This document shows positions 53,080 to 64,000 of a stretch of DNA of 64,000 nt, piece after piece (within the stretch, counting starts at the first letter, position 1; each line of letters opens with the position of its first letter). The notes beneath the pieces were generated by a model. The model was not told the origin of the DNA and searched no databases. It worked only from the letters and a program-made list of their open reading frames with translations. The stretch is from positions 1,240,001 through 1,304,000 of the forward strand of contig LSRY02000013.1 of the NCBI GenBank assembly GCA_001643675.2, read 5' to 3'. The DNA is from Monocercomonoides exilis PA203. Taxonomy: Eukaryota > Protista > Preaxostyla. The translations under genes and the position numbers were made by a program.

Positions 53080-56000
53080 ATGACCGAAACATTCACTGGG
53101 CTCAGTCACTTTATCAGTGATATTCGTTTCAGTATGCTTTCTTAATATTATTACTGTTATATTACCTTGTGAACAAAACTGAAAAATTCATTTAAAAAGG
53201 CAAAACTAGGGATCAAGAGGAACAAAGAGTTGAACAAGAACTTTCACATATTCGAGAAGCTTTTATAAATCCCAAAAAGCTTGATACTTATAACAGGAAG
53301 AAATATGTTTTGAAGTTGATGTATATTGATATTCTGGGGTATTCTGTTGATTTTGGTCACATGGAGGCGATGGAACTTTTGCACAGCACCAAGTATCCGG
53401 ACAAGCTCATCGTATGATTTTTTAATATCTTTACAAACGTGCACATGAAAAATTTGACTCATTTTGTTTTAGGGATACATTGTGCTTGGATCACTTGTTA
53501 ATGAAAAATCTGAAATGATTCGTTTGGTTAACCAAGCACTGCTTTCAGACTTAACATCAAAGCGTGAATGCTTCCAAACACTTGCACTTGCATTTATTGC
53601 AAACTGTGGAAATATTGAAACAGCTGAAACTTTGGCAAACAACGTGAGCAAACTTTTAATGAATAAATCTGCTTCCCGTTACATTGTGAAAAAGGCTTCT
53701 CTTTGCCTTCTTCACATGTTCAGGAAAAATCCTGAGGCTGTGCAACAGGAAAGCTGGGATGAGCGTCTTTCGGCTCTTTTGCAAAATCGAGATGGTGGAG
53801 TTTTGACATGCGTCATGTCACTTTTACATGCATTTGCAAATTCAAACCCACCTGCATATGTTTCAATGATACCAATTGTCTGTAAAATGGTGAAGAGTGT
53901 GGTGCTGGAAAAGGCAGTCACAGGAGATTACATGTACGATCATATCCCCGCACCATGGCTTGTGGTGAAAGTGTTCCAATTCTTACAGCATTACACAGAC
54001 TTCGAGTCTGATGAGGCTCTTAGCGACATAATGCAAGTGCTCCGCAAGATCATCAACACCGAAACGAAGCACTTCCTCACAGTCGACCCAGCATCGCACA
54101 CAGTGAAGAGGCATAATGCGATGCTTGCTGTGCTGTTTGAGGCAATCCATCTGGCAGTTGCGCTGCGGATTGAGCTGGAGCTGATCCAGCGGTGCATCCA
54201 GCACGTGCGGTACTTCCTCACCATCAACGACCCAGACATCCGCTATCTGTCTTTGGAGGTGATGCAGCGCCTGTGCCCGCTCGACCCGTCGACCACAGGA
54301 GACGATGAGGTGTTTGTGGGGCAAGTGGAAAGAATGCTGGTGCATCCTGATATTTCTCTGAGAAGGCGTGCGATGGACGTGCTGTTTGAGCTGTGCAGTG
54401 AGAAGAACTCGTCTGTCGTTGTCGGGAAGCTCGTGAACTACTTGGACCAGGCAGAGTACGAAATAAAAGAGGAGCTGGTGTGTTTTTACAAGTTAATTAT
54501 TTATGTTATGATAAAACTGAATTTATTTTCTTCTTTTTTTAACTCTTATTCTTATTCTAAAATTTTTTCAAATTATTATGAAATTTTTTATTCGCATTTA
54601 TCTGATTACTAAATAATAATAATAAATATATAATTAAATAGGTTCTCAAAATCGCCATTCTAGCCGAGAAATATCCATCTTCGATGGAGTGGTACATCGA
54701 CGTGATCCTTCGCCTTCTCCAATGTGCTGGTGATGCTACCCCTCAGGAGATCTGGTTCCGAACAGTCCAAATTGTGTCAACCAACCCGCCTATGCAGTCG
54801 TATGCTGCTGCAACCGCTGCTGTGATGCTGAGGCAGATCAACCTGCCTGACAGCGCTGTGCGGATGTGCTCATACCTCGTGGGCGAATACCATTCGCAGG
54901 TGAATCCAGCAGAGATGCCAGCGTCGGAGATCGTGGAGAAGCTGGGGATGCACTTGGAACACACAAAGCCAGCCACAAAGAGCATCATCTTGTCTGCACT
55001 GGCGAAGATTGGCGCATCCACCCCAGACACATCCAACGCAGTGAATGAGCTGCTCACAAAGTACTCCACATTCATTGCAGAAGATGCACAAGAGAGAAGC
55101 TGTGAGTTCTTGTCGTTGTTGACTAACTCCATCAGCGATGCGAAGACAACACTGGCACCACTGCCACCGTTTCCAGAGAGACAGTCGATTCTTCTGAAGG
55201 ATCTGAAGAAGAAAGTGCAAGAAAGCGGTGTGGTGGAAAGGGCATCAAGACACCTGGAAGGCGTGAAGGACGAGAAAGAAGACGAGGAAGGAAACGAAGG
55301 AAACGAAGAGGCCGGAGGAGGAGCACCTTCACAAATGCAGTTTGCAGCAGCTTCTGAGGCTGCTTCAGCGGTGGGTGGATATTCTTCAGAGCAACCCGCA
55401 CCAACTGCTGTTGCAGCTGGTGAGGAAGACGACGACATGATTGACTTGAGCGACTTTGGAGTGTCAACAAAGCCAGTTGCAGTTGCCTCTTCTTCTGCAG
55501 CAGGAGCAGCAAATTCCGCAGTGGTGGACACCTCCTCATTCGATCCAGCAGCACTTCTGGAGAACCTGATGACAACACCCGCACAGCAGAGTTCGTCATC
55601 ATCTGTGCCTGGTCAGCCAATGGGTGCAGCTATTGCAGCAGCTTTGCCACCCCCCGAGGCGAATCAGCAGCTGGAGCTGTTCCACAATGCTCTGATGTGC
55701 AATGTGGAAGGCAAACTCTATGAGGATGCGAACTTGTGCATTACGTGCCATCACGAGTATCAGAAGCACGAAGGGCGGATGCTGCTGACGTGGACGAACA
55801 AGACTGGGGTGATGGGCGGAGCACCGCCGCAGACGCTGATGAGTGTCAGTGGAACGATCGAGAGCACAGCAGAGCTGACAATCCAGGCAGAGCCTGTGCC
55901 GACGACGATCAACCCGTCTGCCTCTGCCCCGCAGCGCATCATGATTGCCCACAACCAGCCAGTGGCGAAAGCTCCTCTTTTGACTCTCTCTTACACTGTG

Positions 56001-56429
56001 GGTGTGACAACACACAGGGCGCTTGTGAAGATTCCGGCGGTGGGGATCAAGTTCTTCCAGCCAGTCACCCCTCCGAAGGAGGTGTTTGTCAGCCAGTGGC
56101 AGTCTGTGCCCGCAAACTCGCCGATGACAGCCACAGACACGTTCTTCTTTATGAACGCCCCGCTGAATCCGCAGTCGTTCCAGCAGGTAGTAGCGTTCCT
56201 GCAGGGGCCTGCTAAGATGCAGCCTCTTCCCGGCTATGACGACACCCCTCAGACACTCTGCTTTGCTGCGGGCGTGTGCTGCGGGAGCGCGCCACAGCCG
56301 ATGCCGTTGATGTTCAAAATGCAGATGTCTCCGATTGACGGGAAGTTAATATTGACAGTGAAAGGATGCACCCCTCAGGTTGCAGAAGTGACGAAAAAAT
56401 TTGTCATTGAAATGCTGAAGAAAATGTGA
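53080..56429 (+). CDS. AP2A: AP-2 complex alpha subunit (alpha-adaptin), 4 exons
   Basis: GLSHFISDIR, RKKYVLKLMY..DFGHMEA, IPAPWLVVK, DISLRRRAMDVLF and EEL^VLKIAILAEKY; hinge and ear region GKLYEDANL. Introns 53132-53199, 53412-53472 and 54478-54641 keep the frame. Confidence 0.95.
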
Positions 56430-56567
56430 GGGATTTTTCATTACCATTTTGAAAATTTTTTATTTTATCTTTTTCACATCTTAAAGGTTAATGTAATTCT
56501 TATTATAAGTGCTCAATTCCAAATAAATCGTTTTTCAAATAACTTAATAAGGTTTTTGATCAAAAGA

Positions 56568-57165
56568 ATGTCAAAAGAATCTGTTGAACCAGAGGTTTCT
56601 GGGACGCCGGAAGGAGATGAATTGGATAGACTTTTAGAGCACGATAAAGCAACAACTGAATGGATGAAGCAACAATGTTCAGCTGAAATTGAGTCGTTCA
56701 AACCAAAAAGAATAAATTTAATTCCTTTGAAGGTAATGTGGAAGTTATTTTGAGGATTATTGACGACATATGTTTATTTTTCTTAGGTTCGTAATACATC
56801 AATTCTTCAAGGCAAGCCTCTTGTTAATCGTGTGGAATTTAATACGGGATTTGATTTTGAAAAAGTTACCCAAATACTGACCGGAAAGCCACAGCCATGC
56901 CCAACCAAAAAGGTTTGTTTTAACCGCTTCTTTGAATAATAAGTTCTTTCTCATTTTTATTTAATTTGTTTTTTTGATGAAAATTTTATTGTTTCAAAAG
57001 GGATTTGTTTATATAAATGTAATTTTAATGGTGGATGGATTGTCACCTTTTATATTTCCATATCTTTTCAAAGACGATCCAAAAAACGCTCTCACTCACT
57101 GGCTTTTTATTAACAATAAGCTTGAAAGGGCTCAACATGTTGTTGACTCATTCACACAACTTTAA
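56568..57165 (+). CDS. 151-aa hypothetical protein, 3 exons
   Basis: Exons 56568-56732, 56787-56912 and 57001-57165 splice in frame via GT-AG introns to give MSKESVEPE..RINLIPLK^VRNTSILQGKPLVNRVEFN..CPTKK^GFVYINVIL..INNKLERAQHVVDSFTQL. Confidence 0.75.
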
Positions 57166-57412
57166 GCACAAACTGGGGAAAAAAAAACATTTCATTCATT
57201 TCATTTTTATTTATTTGGGTGATTTCAAAGCTTTTCTTCTTTTTTTATGTGATTATTTATAAAAATTTCCACAAAGATATTAGCGTTTTTTCATTGTGCA
57301 ATGCTTTAAAATCCTTTTAGAAAACGCAAAGATAAATGCAAGAAAAAATCTCTTTCATAATGCATATTGCATTTTCAAGTTGTTAAAAATTGAATTAAAG
57401 ACTTATGAAACT

Positions 57413-60400
57413 TTACATTGTTCTCCGTATTTTCTTTATTGATTTTTTCACTTCTACCAAACTTGGTCTATTATTTGGCTCATCTGCCCACATACTTTCC
57501 ATCAGCTCAACCAGATCTTCTCCTTCGATTCCTTCTGTCAGCGGTCGCACCCCATCCCTTATCATTTCCTGCGCTTCTTCTGCATTGCATTCACTCAAAG
57601 GCACTTCCCCGGTTGTCATCTCATGCAGAATCAGTCCAAGTGAAAAAACAACTGCCTTTTCAATTCCCTCTTCTTCATCTCCCGCTTCAGGCGCATTCCA
57701 TCGCTTCATTTCTTCCTTCTGCTTTTCATCAGTCAGTTCTTCTGTCAATAGGTATATTTCATTTTCGTTTCCTTCTTCAACAAAGATTGAATATGGGCAC
57801 AACTGCCTCCCCATCATTTCCACCCTTTCATCATCAACTGAAATCAAATGCTCAAACAGCTCTGCAACTGCCAAAACCACCTCCTTCCCATCAACAACAT
57901 CCATCGCTCTTGTTCCCAGTGTGAAATAACCTTGAACTGAATGAATCATCGAATGCAATGCTTTGATGTTCCTTTTCTCCTTCTCTCGAAACGGCTTCTT
58001 CGCTGATATTACGTTGAATGAATTATTCTGATGAACTCCAGAAGCAGAAGCATTCTCAGAAAATGGCAATGAAGATTCCAAATCTGGAAGATCATTTTCA
58101 TTCAAAATTCCATCGTTGCTCATCGAAGGAGGATCTGGAAGATCTTCTTCATCGTTGTCAATCAGAAGTGGAATTTGGCTTGTCATCCCTTCCAGCAGCG
58201 TGGATTGCATTTCACTCATCTCAAAGCTTCCTCCATTGTTTTCCTTTCTTCTCCTCTCAATCTTCCCCATTATCTCCTCATTTTCCAATCTCTCTTTTTC
58301 AACCCTCTTTTCGGCTTCCCTCAGTTTCTTTCGCAAAAGCACAACAACTGCAACAAATATTAGCATGAATATCACAAACAGCACACCCATCACAACAATA
58401 ACAATCAAATTCCATGTTGATTTCCCTTCTTTTCCTCCCTCAGAAATCCTTTCATCTCCATTCACCTTGGATTCACTTCTGTTCTTCAGAATCTGCGGAG
58501 AAGTCGCAGCCAATTGCTTCCCAAACAGAATCATCACAGATACTTCTGTTTCATCTGCAATCGTTGAAATATTTTCTGATGGGATTGTTCCAATCACTTC
58601 ATCTTCAGACACAAAACTGTTTTCATCAAATGGATATGTCTCAACCAACTCCACATCCTCCGTTTTGAATATTAATCTGAATGACAAATCACAAGGAAGA
58701 AGAAGTGCTCCATTGAATTTCACAGCAATGTTGCTGTCATTTTCAATGAGAGATGCCTCTTCGAGTTTTGGAATGAAGAAAGGAGATGATCTTTCTCCTG
58801 ATATTCCACCAAGGGTGCATCCATCATTCAGAATCCAAAGAGATGAATTTGGCATCAATCCATCTCCTCCCTTCAAACTGGAAATAGTCAGTGAAGCAGA
58901 ATCAGAGCAAATGATGTTTCGGCGAAGAGAGGGATATTTTTCAACGAATGGATTGTTGTTCATAAACTCTCCTTTCTCAATTGTCACATTGCCAGCAGAT
59001 ATGGACAATCCTCCTGACGAAGAATTCGATATTGTTGTATCTTTCATCATCACAGAACCCTTCTCAATATCCACAAGAGATCCTTCCCATCTGCACATCT
59101 CTTCTTCCTCATTCAAATTCTGCTCATTTCTTTCCTTTGTACTCCCATCAAATATGCAATTGTCCATTTTCACATCAATGCAATCCTCCAATTTCATCAT
59201 TTTCCCTTTTGGTTTGTTAGAATTGACTCCATCCATTGTACAATTTGTCAACTGCATCATCTTTTTCATTGACAAGCAAGATATCAATGATTCTTCATTT
59301 CCTTCAACTGTGATATTTTCTGAATGATACTTTTCCATGTTTAATTGTCCACATTCATTAATATCGATCAGAGAAGTTTCTATTGTTGAATTACAAATCG
59401 TTAATGAATCTATCACTGATGGAAGTGGAGATAAAAGATATAATGCAGATTCATGAAGCACAAGATTTGATATTGTGCATCCATCAAGTTGAAATTCTCC
59501 TTTTTCCATGTTTATTATGTGAAATCGAATATTTGCAAAACCGGTATTTCCTTCTTCTATAAATTTCTTTGAGCTGAATGAACAATTCATAATTTCAAGA
59601 ATCCCTCCCTCTGGTGATATTAATGATTCATGCTGAGAGATGAAATTTGAATCAAACACAAAATTCACTCTCACCAATGAGACTGTTCCGATTGTTGTAA
59701 CCAATGCATCCTTTGTTTTTGCAATCTCTGATTTCACTTCAACCTTGCAATTTTCTCTGCTTTTTGAACTCAGACTCATTTCCTTCAGATTTATCTCTTC
59801 ACCAATCACGCTCTCTCCGACAACAATCATTTGGCTCATGAAATCTGAAGACAGATGCATCAGTCCATAATCAATCGAAGCACATGGAAGTGTGCTTGTT
59901 CCACATTGTCTCTCATTCGATCCATTCACTCTGCTCACAACAATTGTGTCACTCTGATGAATTGTCACAAAATTAATCAGATCTGTATCATTTGTGTGCT
60001 CACAACTATCAATTCCATATATCGCATTGTGGCGAGTATAATGACCTTCTCGAAGATCAAACTGAAATTGGCTTTCATTGATCTGCAATGTGATGTTGAA
60101 ACATTCAATGAAAATATCATTCCCCACTCTTGCTGAATTTGAACTAAACTTCATTCCCACAAATGAAAAATTCAAATCTCCTCTTTCCTTTGTTACTAGA
60201 TACACCCCTCCTCCTTTCCCATTGGTGCAGCTGCAATGGCTGATTGTAGAGTCAATCATCTTCATTGATCCTGAAGAACACAATGTGAAGAATATTGCTC
60301 CTCCTTTTTCACTCAATTCTACCTTGTCTTCTGTAATGTCGCTCTCATTCACAACCAAACATATATTTTTCTCACTCTTTGACTCCAAAATGCTTGCTCC

Positions 60401-63400
60401 ATTGTCACTTCTCTTCACTCCTGAAAATGATGAATTATCAATTTTGAGACTCATTTCCTCTCCTCCTTCATTAATTTTTGTTGCTAATTCGGATCCTTTG
60501 ATCTGAAGAAGACATCCTCTGCTTTCATTCAACGAATCCACTCGAACATTCACAAAATGGCAAGAAACTCCAGCATCGTGAATGACAAATATGTTGTTTC
60601 CAATATTACATGATTCCATCGACAAATCATTCACTTCCACGCTTCCTCCAATTGCATCCACAAACACGCAATCAAATCCATTGTTCACTCCCGCTTCTGA
60701 ATGGAATGAACATCCACTTATCACTAAATTTCCATTTTTGTTTGATATAATTGTTTTGGCTGAGTTGTCAAATCCAGTTGATAGTCGAAGTTGGATATTT
60801 GTCAATTCAAGATGAATATCATTTTTCATGAAATATTCCAGTTGACTTCCAATTGACTTTTCAAAATTCAATATCGCTTTCACATTCTCTTCTCCCATCT
60901 TCACACTCTTTTTGATCCGATAATTTGACATATTGAATGAATCTCGAATAATTGTCGATCCTTCAATCTGAATTGTTTTCATTTCATCTCCCTCTTTCAT
61001 GTTTTCCATCCCTTTCCACATTGTGAAGCATGGCTCTTCTTCACTTCCACAACGCGCAACATCAAATCCTTCTGATGAGATAAATATCTCAAATGAGCTG
61101 TATGGAATCAGAAACATGAACAAATCCTTTTCTTGGTGATAGTTATCACTTCCAACAAACAAATTGTCATCATCCTTCATTGAGGAATAATCAAACTTGA
61201 ATGACTCATTTGCCACAGAACTATTCAAATCCTTTCCCAAAATGAACACATTTTTTCCAATTGTTGCTTTGTTGTTCTCAAATGTTAAGTCAGATTCAAA
61301 AAAAATTGGCTTTTCATTCAAGCAATTCTGACAATCCAAATACAAGAATCCTCCTTTTCCATTGTTCTTTAAAAGCGAACATGATGATGCATTTGTTGAT
61401 TTCATCACCAATTCTTCATTCCCTTGCAATGTCACTTTTGCAACACCTCCTTCTTCGCTGCCTTTGTTCTCAATATTCGAAAAGTTGTTGCTTTCAAACA
61501 AAACGGAAGAAGATATCATCAATGGATATTCACAAAATGAGGAATCATCCAAACTGCATGCTTCCATTGTGCAATTCAACAGTTTCACTCTGAATTCGTC
61601 TTCATTCACAGTTCCGTGTGAAGGAGAAATTGAAAACAGCGCGACTGATGATTTCACATCTGAAATCGTGACAGAGTCCAGCTCAACCATCTTTCCCGTT
61701 GATCTGATCAAGGAAAATCCAATTGTGCTTCCCTTCCCTCCAATCACACTGATCGCACAATTCTTCATGTGCAACTCTCCATTTTGAGTGGTTGATTCAA
61801 TCACCGATGTGATTGTTCTGTTAAATCTTGATGGAACAATAATCCCAATAAATTCCATTTCTGTCAGTGATGTTGATTTCATGATGCATTCTTCAGAACC
61901 ACTAACTTCTCTTTTGCATTCAACCTGCACAACTGCACCCTCCTTTGCTTTCACATTGATTCCTCCAACATCCAAGCATCCTGTTACAGATGAATTTGCA
62001 CATAGAATAATCTCCTGTCTTATATTCAGCGTTCTCTTCAAACGCCCCATTCCATAATTCACATTCAAACATGGTGCCTTTTCTATTCCACAATACACCT
62101 TCTCCATTCCAGATGTTCCATCCACATATACAGAGTCAGCTGTATATCCTTCAAGAAATATAAACAAGTCAGCATCCCAATCATTAAACATATCTGTTCT
62201 ATCATGTCCAACAATCGAGTTGTCTTTCTGAGTGATGCTTCTCATGAAGGCAAACAAGGGCTCTTTCACAGAAGCGACAAGGGAATCACACACAAAATAC
62301 ACATCTCTTCCTACACTGGCCTTGTTGGCTGAAAACACGATATTGGTGATGGAAAAGGAGGATTCCGACACTTCTGAATTATCCTTGTACTCGATCATAA
62401 GAGCACCGCCTCTTCCTCCAGAACTTGTATCCTCGCTCACAGAGCAGCTGGAGAAATTTGTGTCACTCACTGAAAAGGAGTTGGCAGGGGCAGATGAGGC
62501 GAATGAGATGCACCCGCCATTGGTGGGAGTCTGTTGGCTCAACTGTTCTGAGTTGATACTGGTGATGGTGCAGTTGGCGAGGGAGAGGGAGAGGGCAGGG
62601 GAGGTGGCAGAGGAGAGGACACAGCTGGTGGGAGTGGAAGTGGAGGTGATATCGGTGATGCTGGAGGAGTTGAGGGTGAGGGGAGCTGTGAGGGAGGTGA
62701 GGTGGAAGATGCTTTGACTGTTGAGGGCGAGACTGGTGATTGCTGTGTGATTGAGGGCGAGGGAGCCAGCAGTGAGGAAGAAGAGGGGAGTTGTGATTGA
62801 TGATGAAGATGAGGCTGTTCCGGTGATGGTGGTTGTGTTGAGTTTGAGGGAAGGGGAGTTTTCGGAGAGGTGGAAGAGGATGGGGGTGATAGGATTTGAG
62901 GAGTTGTGAGCGATGGCGAGGGCAGAAACTGTGAGGGAGCCCTGAGTTTGTTGGAAGAGGGCAGAAGAGGCAGATGGATCTGGTAAAGAGGAAGAAGACG
63001 ATGATGTTTGAGAAATGCCATATGAAGAGATAATTGTGGTATCTGTGCCATTTCCGGTGATGTTGGTGTCAACTGCGCTGAAAGTGAGTGTTTGAGAAGG
63101 AATAAATATTGAGTTGAGGAGAGTGAGGGAGGTGTTTTGGAGGTGGGAAATGAAGCCGTTGAGGGCATACTCGATGGTGGCACATGGTGTGTGCTGAGGT
63201 CTACCACAGGTTTCCATATCAATTCCGCTATTGGACACGATTTTGTTCTGGGCTATGAGAGGAAGCCAGCCATTGTACTCAACATTATCAGCTGTTCCTT
63301 GATTCCAAACTCTTTGAGTGATGGTTGTTGAGCCACACTGATTGAATGGTGATTGAGTGATACTTGTGCCATTGAAGAACACATCATTTCCTCTTCCATT

Positions 63401-64000
63401 TGCAGCTGCGTTGCCATCAAAGAAACAAAATGTGATGAATTTATTTCCGCTCATCCAGTCGTATGTCCTGGTGCAATGAATGCCAGCACCTCCATAAGTC
63501 GATGAAGCATTCAGCTTATTATTTAAGAGCTGGCACTCTTGGAGTAAGCACTGTTTTGGTTTTTGTGGTGGAAGCCAATTGAATGTTACTGCACCAGTCG
63601 CATCACCTCCGGTATTTGCAATGCAGACACAATTTTTGAATAGGAATTGACCGTCTGATGGCATGTTATCGAGACCAAAATACCAACCAGTTCCACACCA
63701 GTTTGTGATTGAACAACTTTCCACTCTGTTATCTTGGAATGCCCAAACAGAATTTGATTGTGGATAAGCTATGCAAGTTGCTCCTCCATAAGCAGCATAA
63801 CAACTGGTGAAATTGGATTTTGCGATATCAACTTTTAACAAATAATCGCAACGTATTGCTCCACCATGATCACCAGTTGAACAATTGCTGAATGAACAAG
63901 AAGTGATTGTGAGATTTGCATTTGCGCGGTTAACATAAAGTGCACCACCAGATGAAGATCCACCAGTTGAATCATTCCATTCGCACCATTCGAAGCGATG
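57413..64000 (-). CDS. Giant receptor-like protein, 5'-partial: beta-helix ectodomain, TM helix, pseudokinase tail (type B)
   Basis: The frame is open to the window edge (HRFEWCEWNDSTGG..GGALYV). Same CG...PC modules as the other receptors. TM and tail are nearly identical to those of the 34292 gene. Confidence 0.88.
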   Translation of the reverse strand, partial: HRFEWCEWNDSTGGSSSGGALYVNRANANLTITSCSFSNCSTGDHGGAIRCDYLLKVDIAKSNFTSCYAAYGGATCIAYPQSNSVWAFQDNRVESCSITNWCGTGWYFGLDNMPSDGQFLFKNCVCIANTGGDATGAVTFNWLPPQKPKQCLLQECQLLNNKLNASSTYGGAGIHCTRTYDWMSGNKFITFCFFDGNAAANGRGNDVFFNGTSITQSPFNQCGSTTITQRVWNQGTADNVEYNGWLPLIAQNKIVSNSGIDMETCGRPQHTPCATIEYALNGFISHLQNTSLTLLNSIFIPSQTLTFSAVDTNITGNGTDTTIISSYGISQTSSSSSSLPDPSASSALFQQTQGSLTVSALAIAHNSSNPITPILFHLSENSPSLKLNTTTITGTASSSSSITTPLFFLTAGSLALNHTAITSLALNSQSIFHLTSLTAPLTLNSSSITDITSTSTPTSCVLSSATSPALSLSLANCTITSINSEQLSQQTPTNGGCISFASSAPANSFSVSDTNFSSCSVSEDTSSGGRGGALMIEYKDNSEVSESSFSITNIVFSANKASVGRDVYFVCDSLVASVKEPLFAFMRSITQKDNSIVGHDRTDMFNDWDADLFIFLEGYTADSVYVDGTSGMEKVYCGIEKAPCLNVNYGMGRLKRTLNIRQEIILCANSSVTGCLDVGGINVKAKEGAVVQVECKREVSGSEECIMKSTSLTEMEFIGIIVPSRFNRTITSVIESTTQNGELHMKNCAISVIGGKGSTIGFSLIRSTGKMVELDSVTISDVKSSVALFSISPSHGTVNEDEFRVKLLNCTMEACSLDDSSFCEYPLMISSSVLFESNNFSNIENKGSEEGGVAKVTLQGNEELVMKSTNASSCSLLKNNGKGGFLYLDCQNCLNEKPIFFESDLTFENNKATIGKNVFILGKDLNSSVANESFKFDYSSMKDDDNLFVGSDNYHQEKDLFMFLIPYSSFEIFISSEGFDVARCGSEEEPCFTMWKGMENMKEGDEMKTIQIEGSTIIRDSFNMSNYRIKKSVKMGEENVKAILNFEKSIGSQLEYFMKNDIHLELTNIQLRLSTGFDNSAKTIISNKNGNLVISGCSFHSEAGVNNGFDCVFVDAIGGSVEVNDLSMESCNIGNNIFVIHDAGVSCHFVNVRVDSLNESRGCLLQIKGSELATKINEGGEEMSLKIDNSSFSGVKRSDNGASILESKSEKNICLVVNESDITEDKVELSEKGGAIFFTLCSSGSMKMIDSTISHCSCTNGKGGGVYLVTKERGDLNFSFVGMKFSSNSARVGNDIFIECFNITLQINESQFQFDLREGHYTRHNAIYGIDSCEHTNDTDLINFVTIHQSDTIVVSRVNGSNERQCGTSTLPCASIDYGLMHLSSDFMSQMIVVGESVIGEEINLKEMSLSSKSRENCKVEVKSEIAKTKDALVTTIGTVSLVRVNFVFDSNFISQHESLISPEGGILEIMNCSFSSKKFIEEGNTGFANIRFHIINMEKGEFQLDGCTISNLVLHESALYLLSPLPSVIDSLTICNSTIETSLIDINECGQLNMEKYHSENITVEGNEESLISCLSMKKMMQLTNCTMDGVNSNKPKGKMMKLEDCIDVKMDNCIFDGSTKERNEQNLNEEEEMCRWEGSLVDIEKGSVMMKDTTISNSSSGGLSISAGNVTIEKGEFMNNNPFVEKYPSLRRNIICSDSASLTISSLKGGDGLMPNSSLWILNDGCTLGGISGERSSPFFIPKLEEASLIENDSNIAVKFNGALLLPCDLSFRLIFKTEDVELVETYPFDENSFVSEDEVIGTIPSENISTIADETEVSVMILFGKQLAATSPQILKNRSESKVNGDERISEGGKEGKSTWNLIVIVVMGVLFVIFMLIFVAVVVLLRKKLREAEKRVEKERLENEEIMGKIERRRKENNGGSFEMSEMQSTLLEGMTSQIPLLIDNDEEDLPDPPSMSNDGILNENDLPDLESSLPFSENASASGVHQNNSFNVISAKKPFREKEKRNIKALHSMIHSVQGYFTLGTRAMDVVDGKEVVLAVAELFEHLISVDDERVEMMGRQLCPYSIFVEEGNENEIYLLTEELTDEKQKEEMKRWNAPEAGDEEEGIEKAVVFSLGLILHEMTTGEVPLSECNAEEAQEMIRDGVRPLTEGIEGEDLVELMESMWADEPNNRPSLVEVKKSIKKIRRTM

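Overview
AT-rich eukaryotic DNA with short GT-AG introns, the standard genetic code and Ser/Glu/Lys low-complexity tracts. Gene content and style suggest an oxymonad such as Monocercomonoides (inference, not searched). There are three components. (1) Intron-containing housekeeping genes: TMEM120-like, a ~1600-aa propeller-like/coiled-coil gene, HRD1-like RING E3 ligase, GSK3, AP-2 alpha-adaptin and a small 3-exon gene. (2) Three giant single-pass surface receptors, intronless within the window, each with a Cys/Gly-rich beta-helix-like ectodomain, a TM helix and a catalytically dead kinase C-lobe, plus two fragments of the same family. Their ectodomains and tails are combined in mix-and-match fashion with a sharp juxtamembrane breakpoint, and their N-terminal rungs vary in patches around conserved GGG motifs. 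(3) Dense nests of DNA transposons at 4.4-23 kb and 49.9-52.8 kb: pogo-type DD35D elements (one with an intact triad; three share an intron), Merlin elements, Sola-like MITEs, CAC-terminated elements with 21-22-bp repeat arrays, and two long-inverted-repeat elements ending in GGCATAGGTG that enclose host-gene fragments, including receptor fragments. The best candidate for an undescribed system is a diversified receptor-pseudokinase repertoire, possibly shuffled by Pack-type elements. All alignments and coordinates were read by eye.
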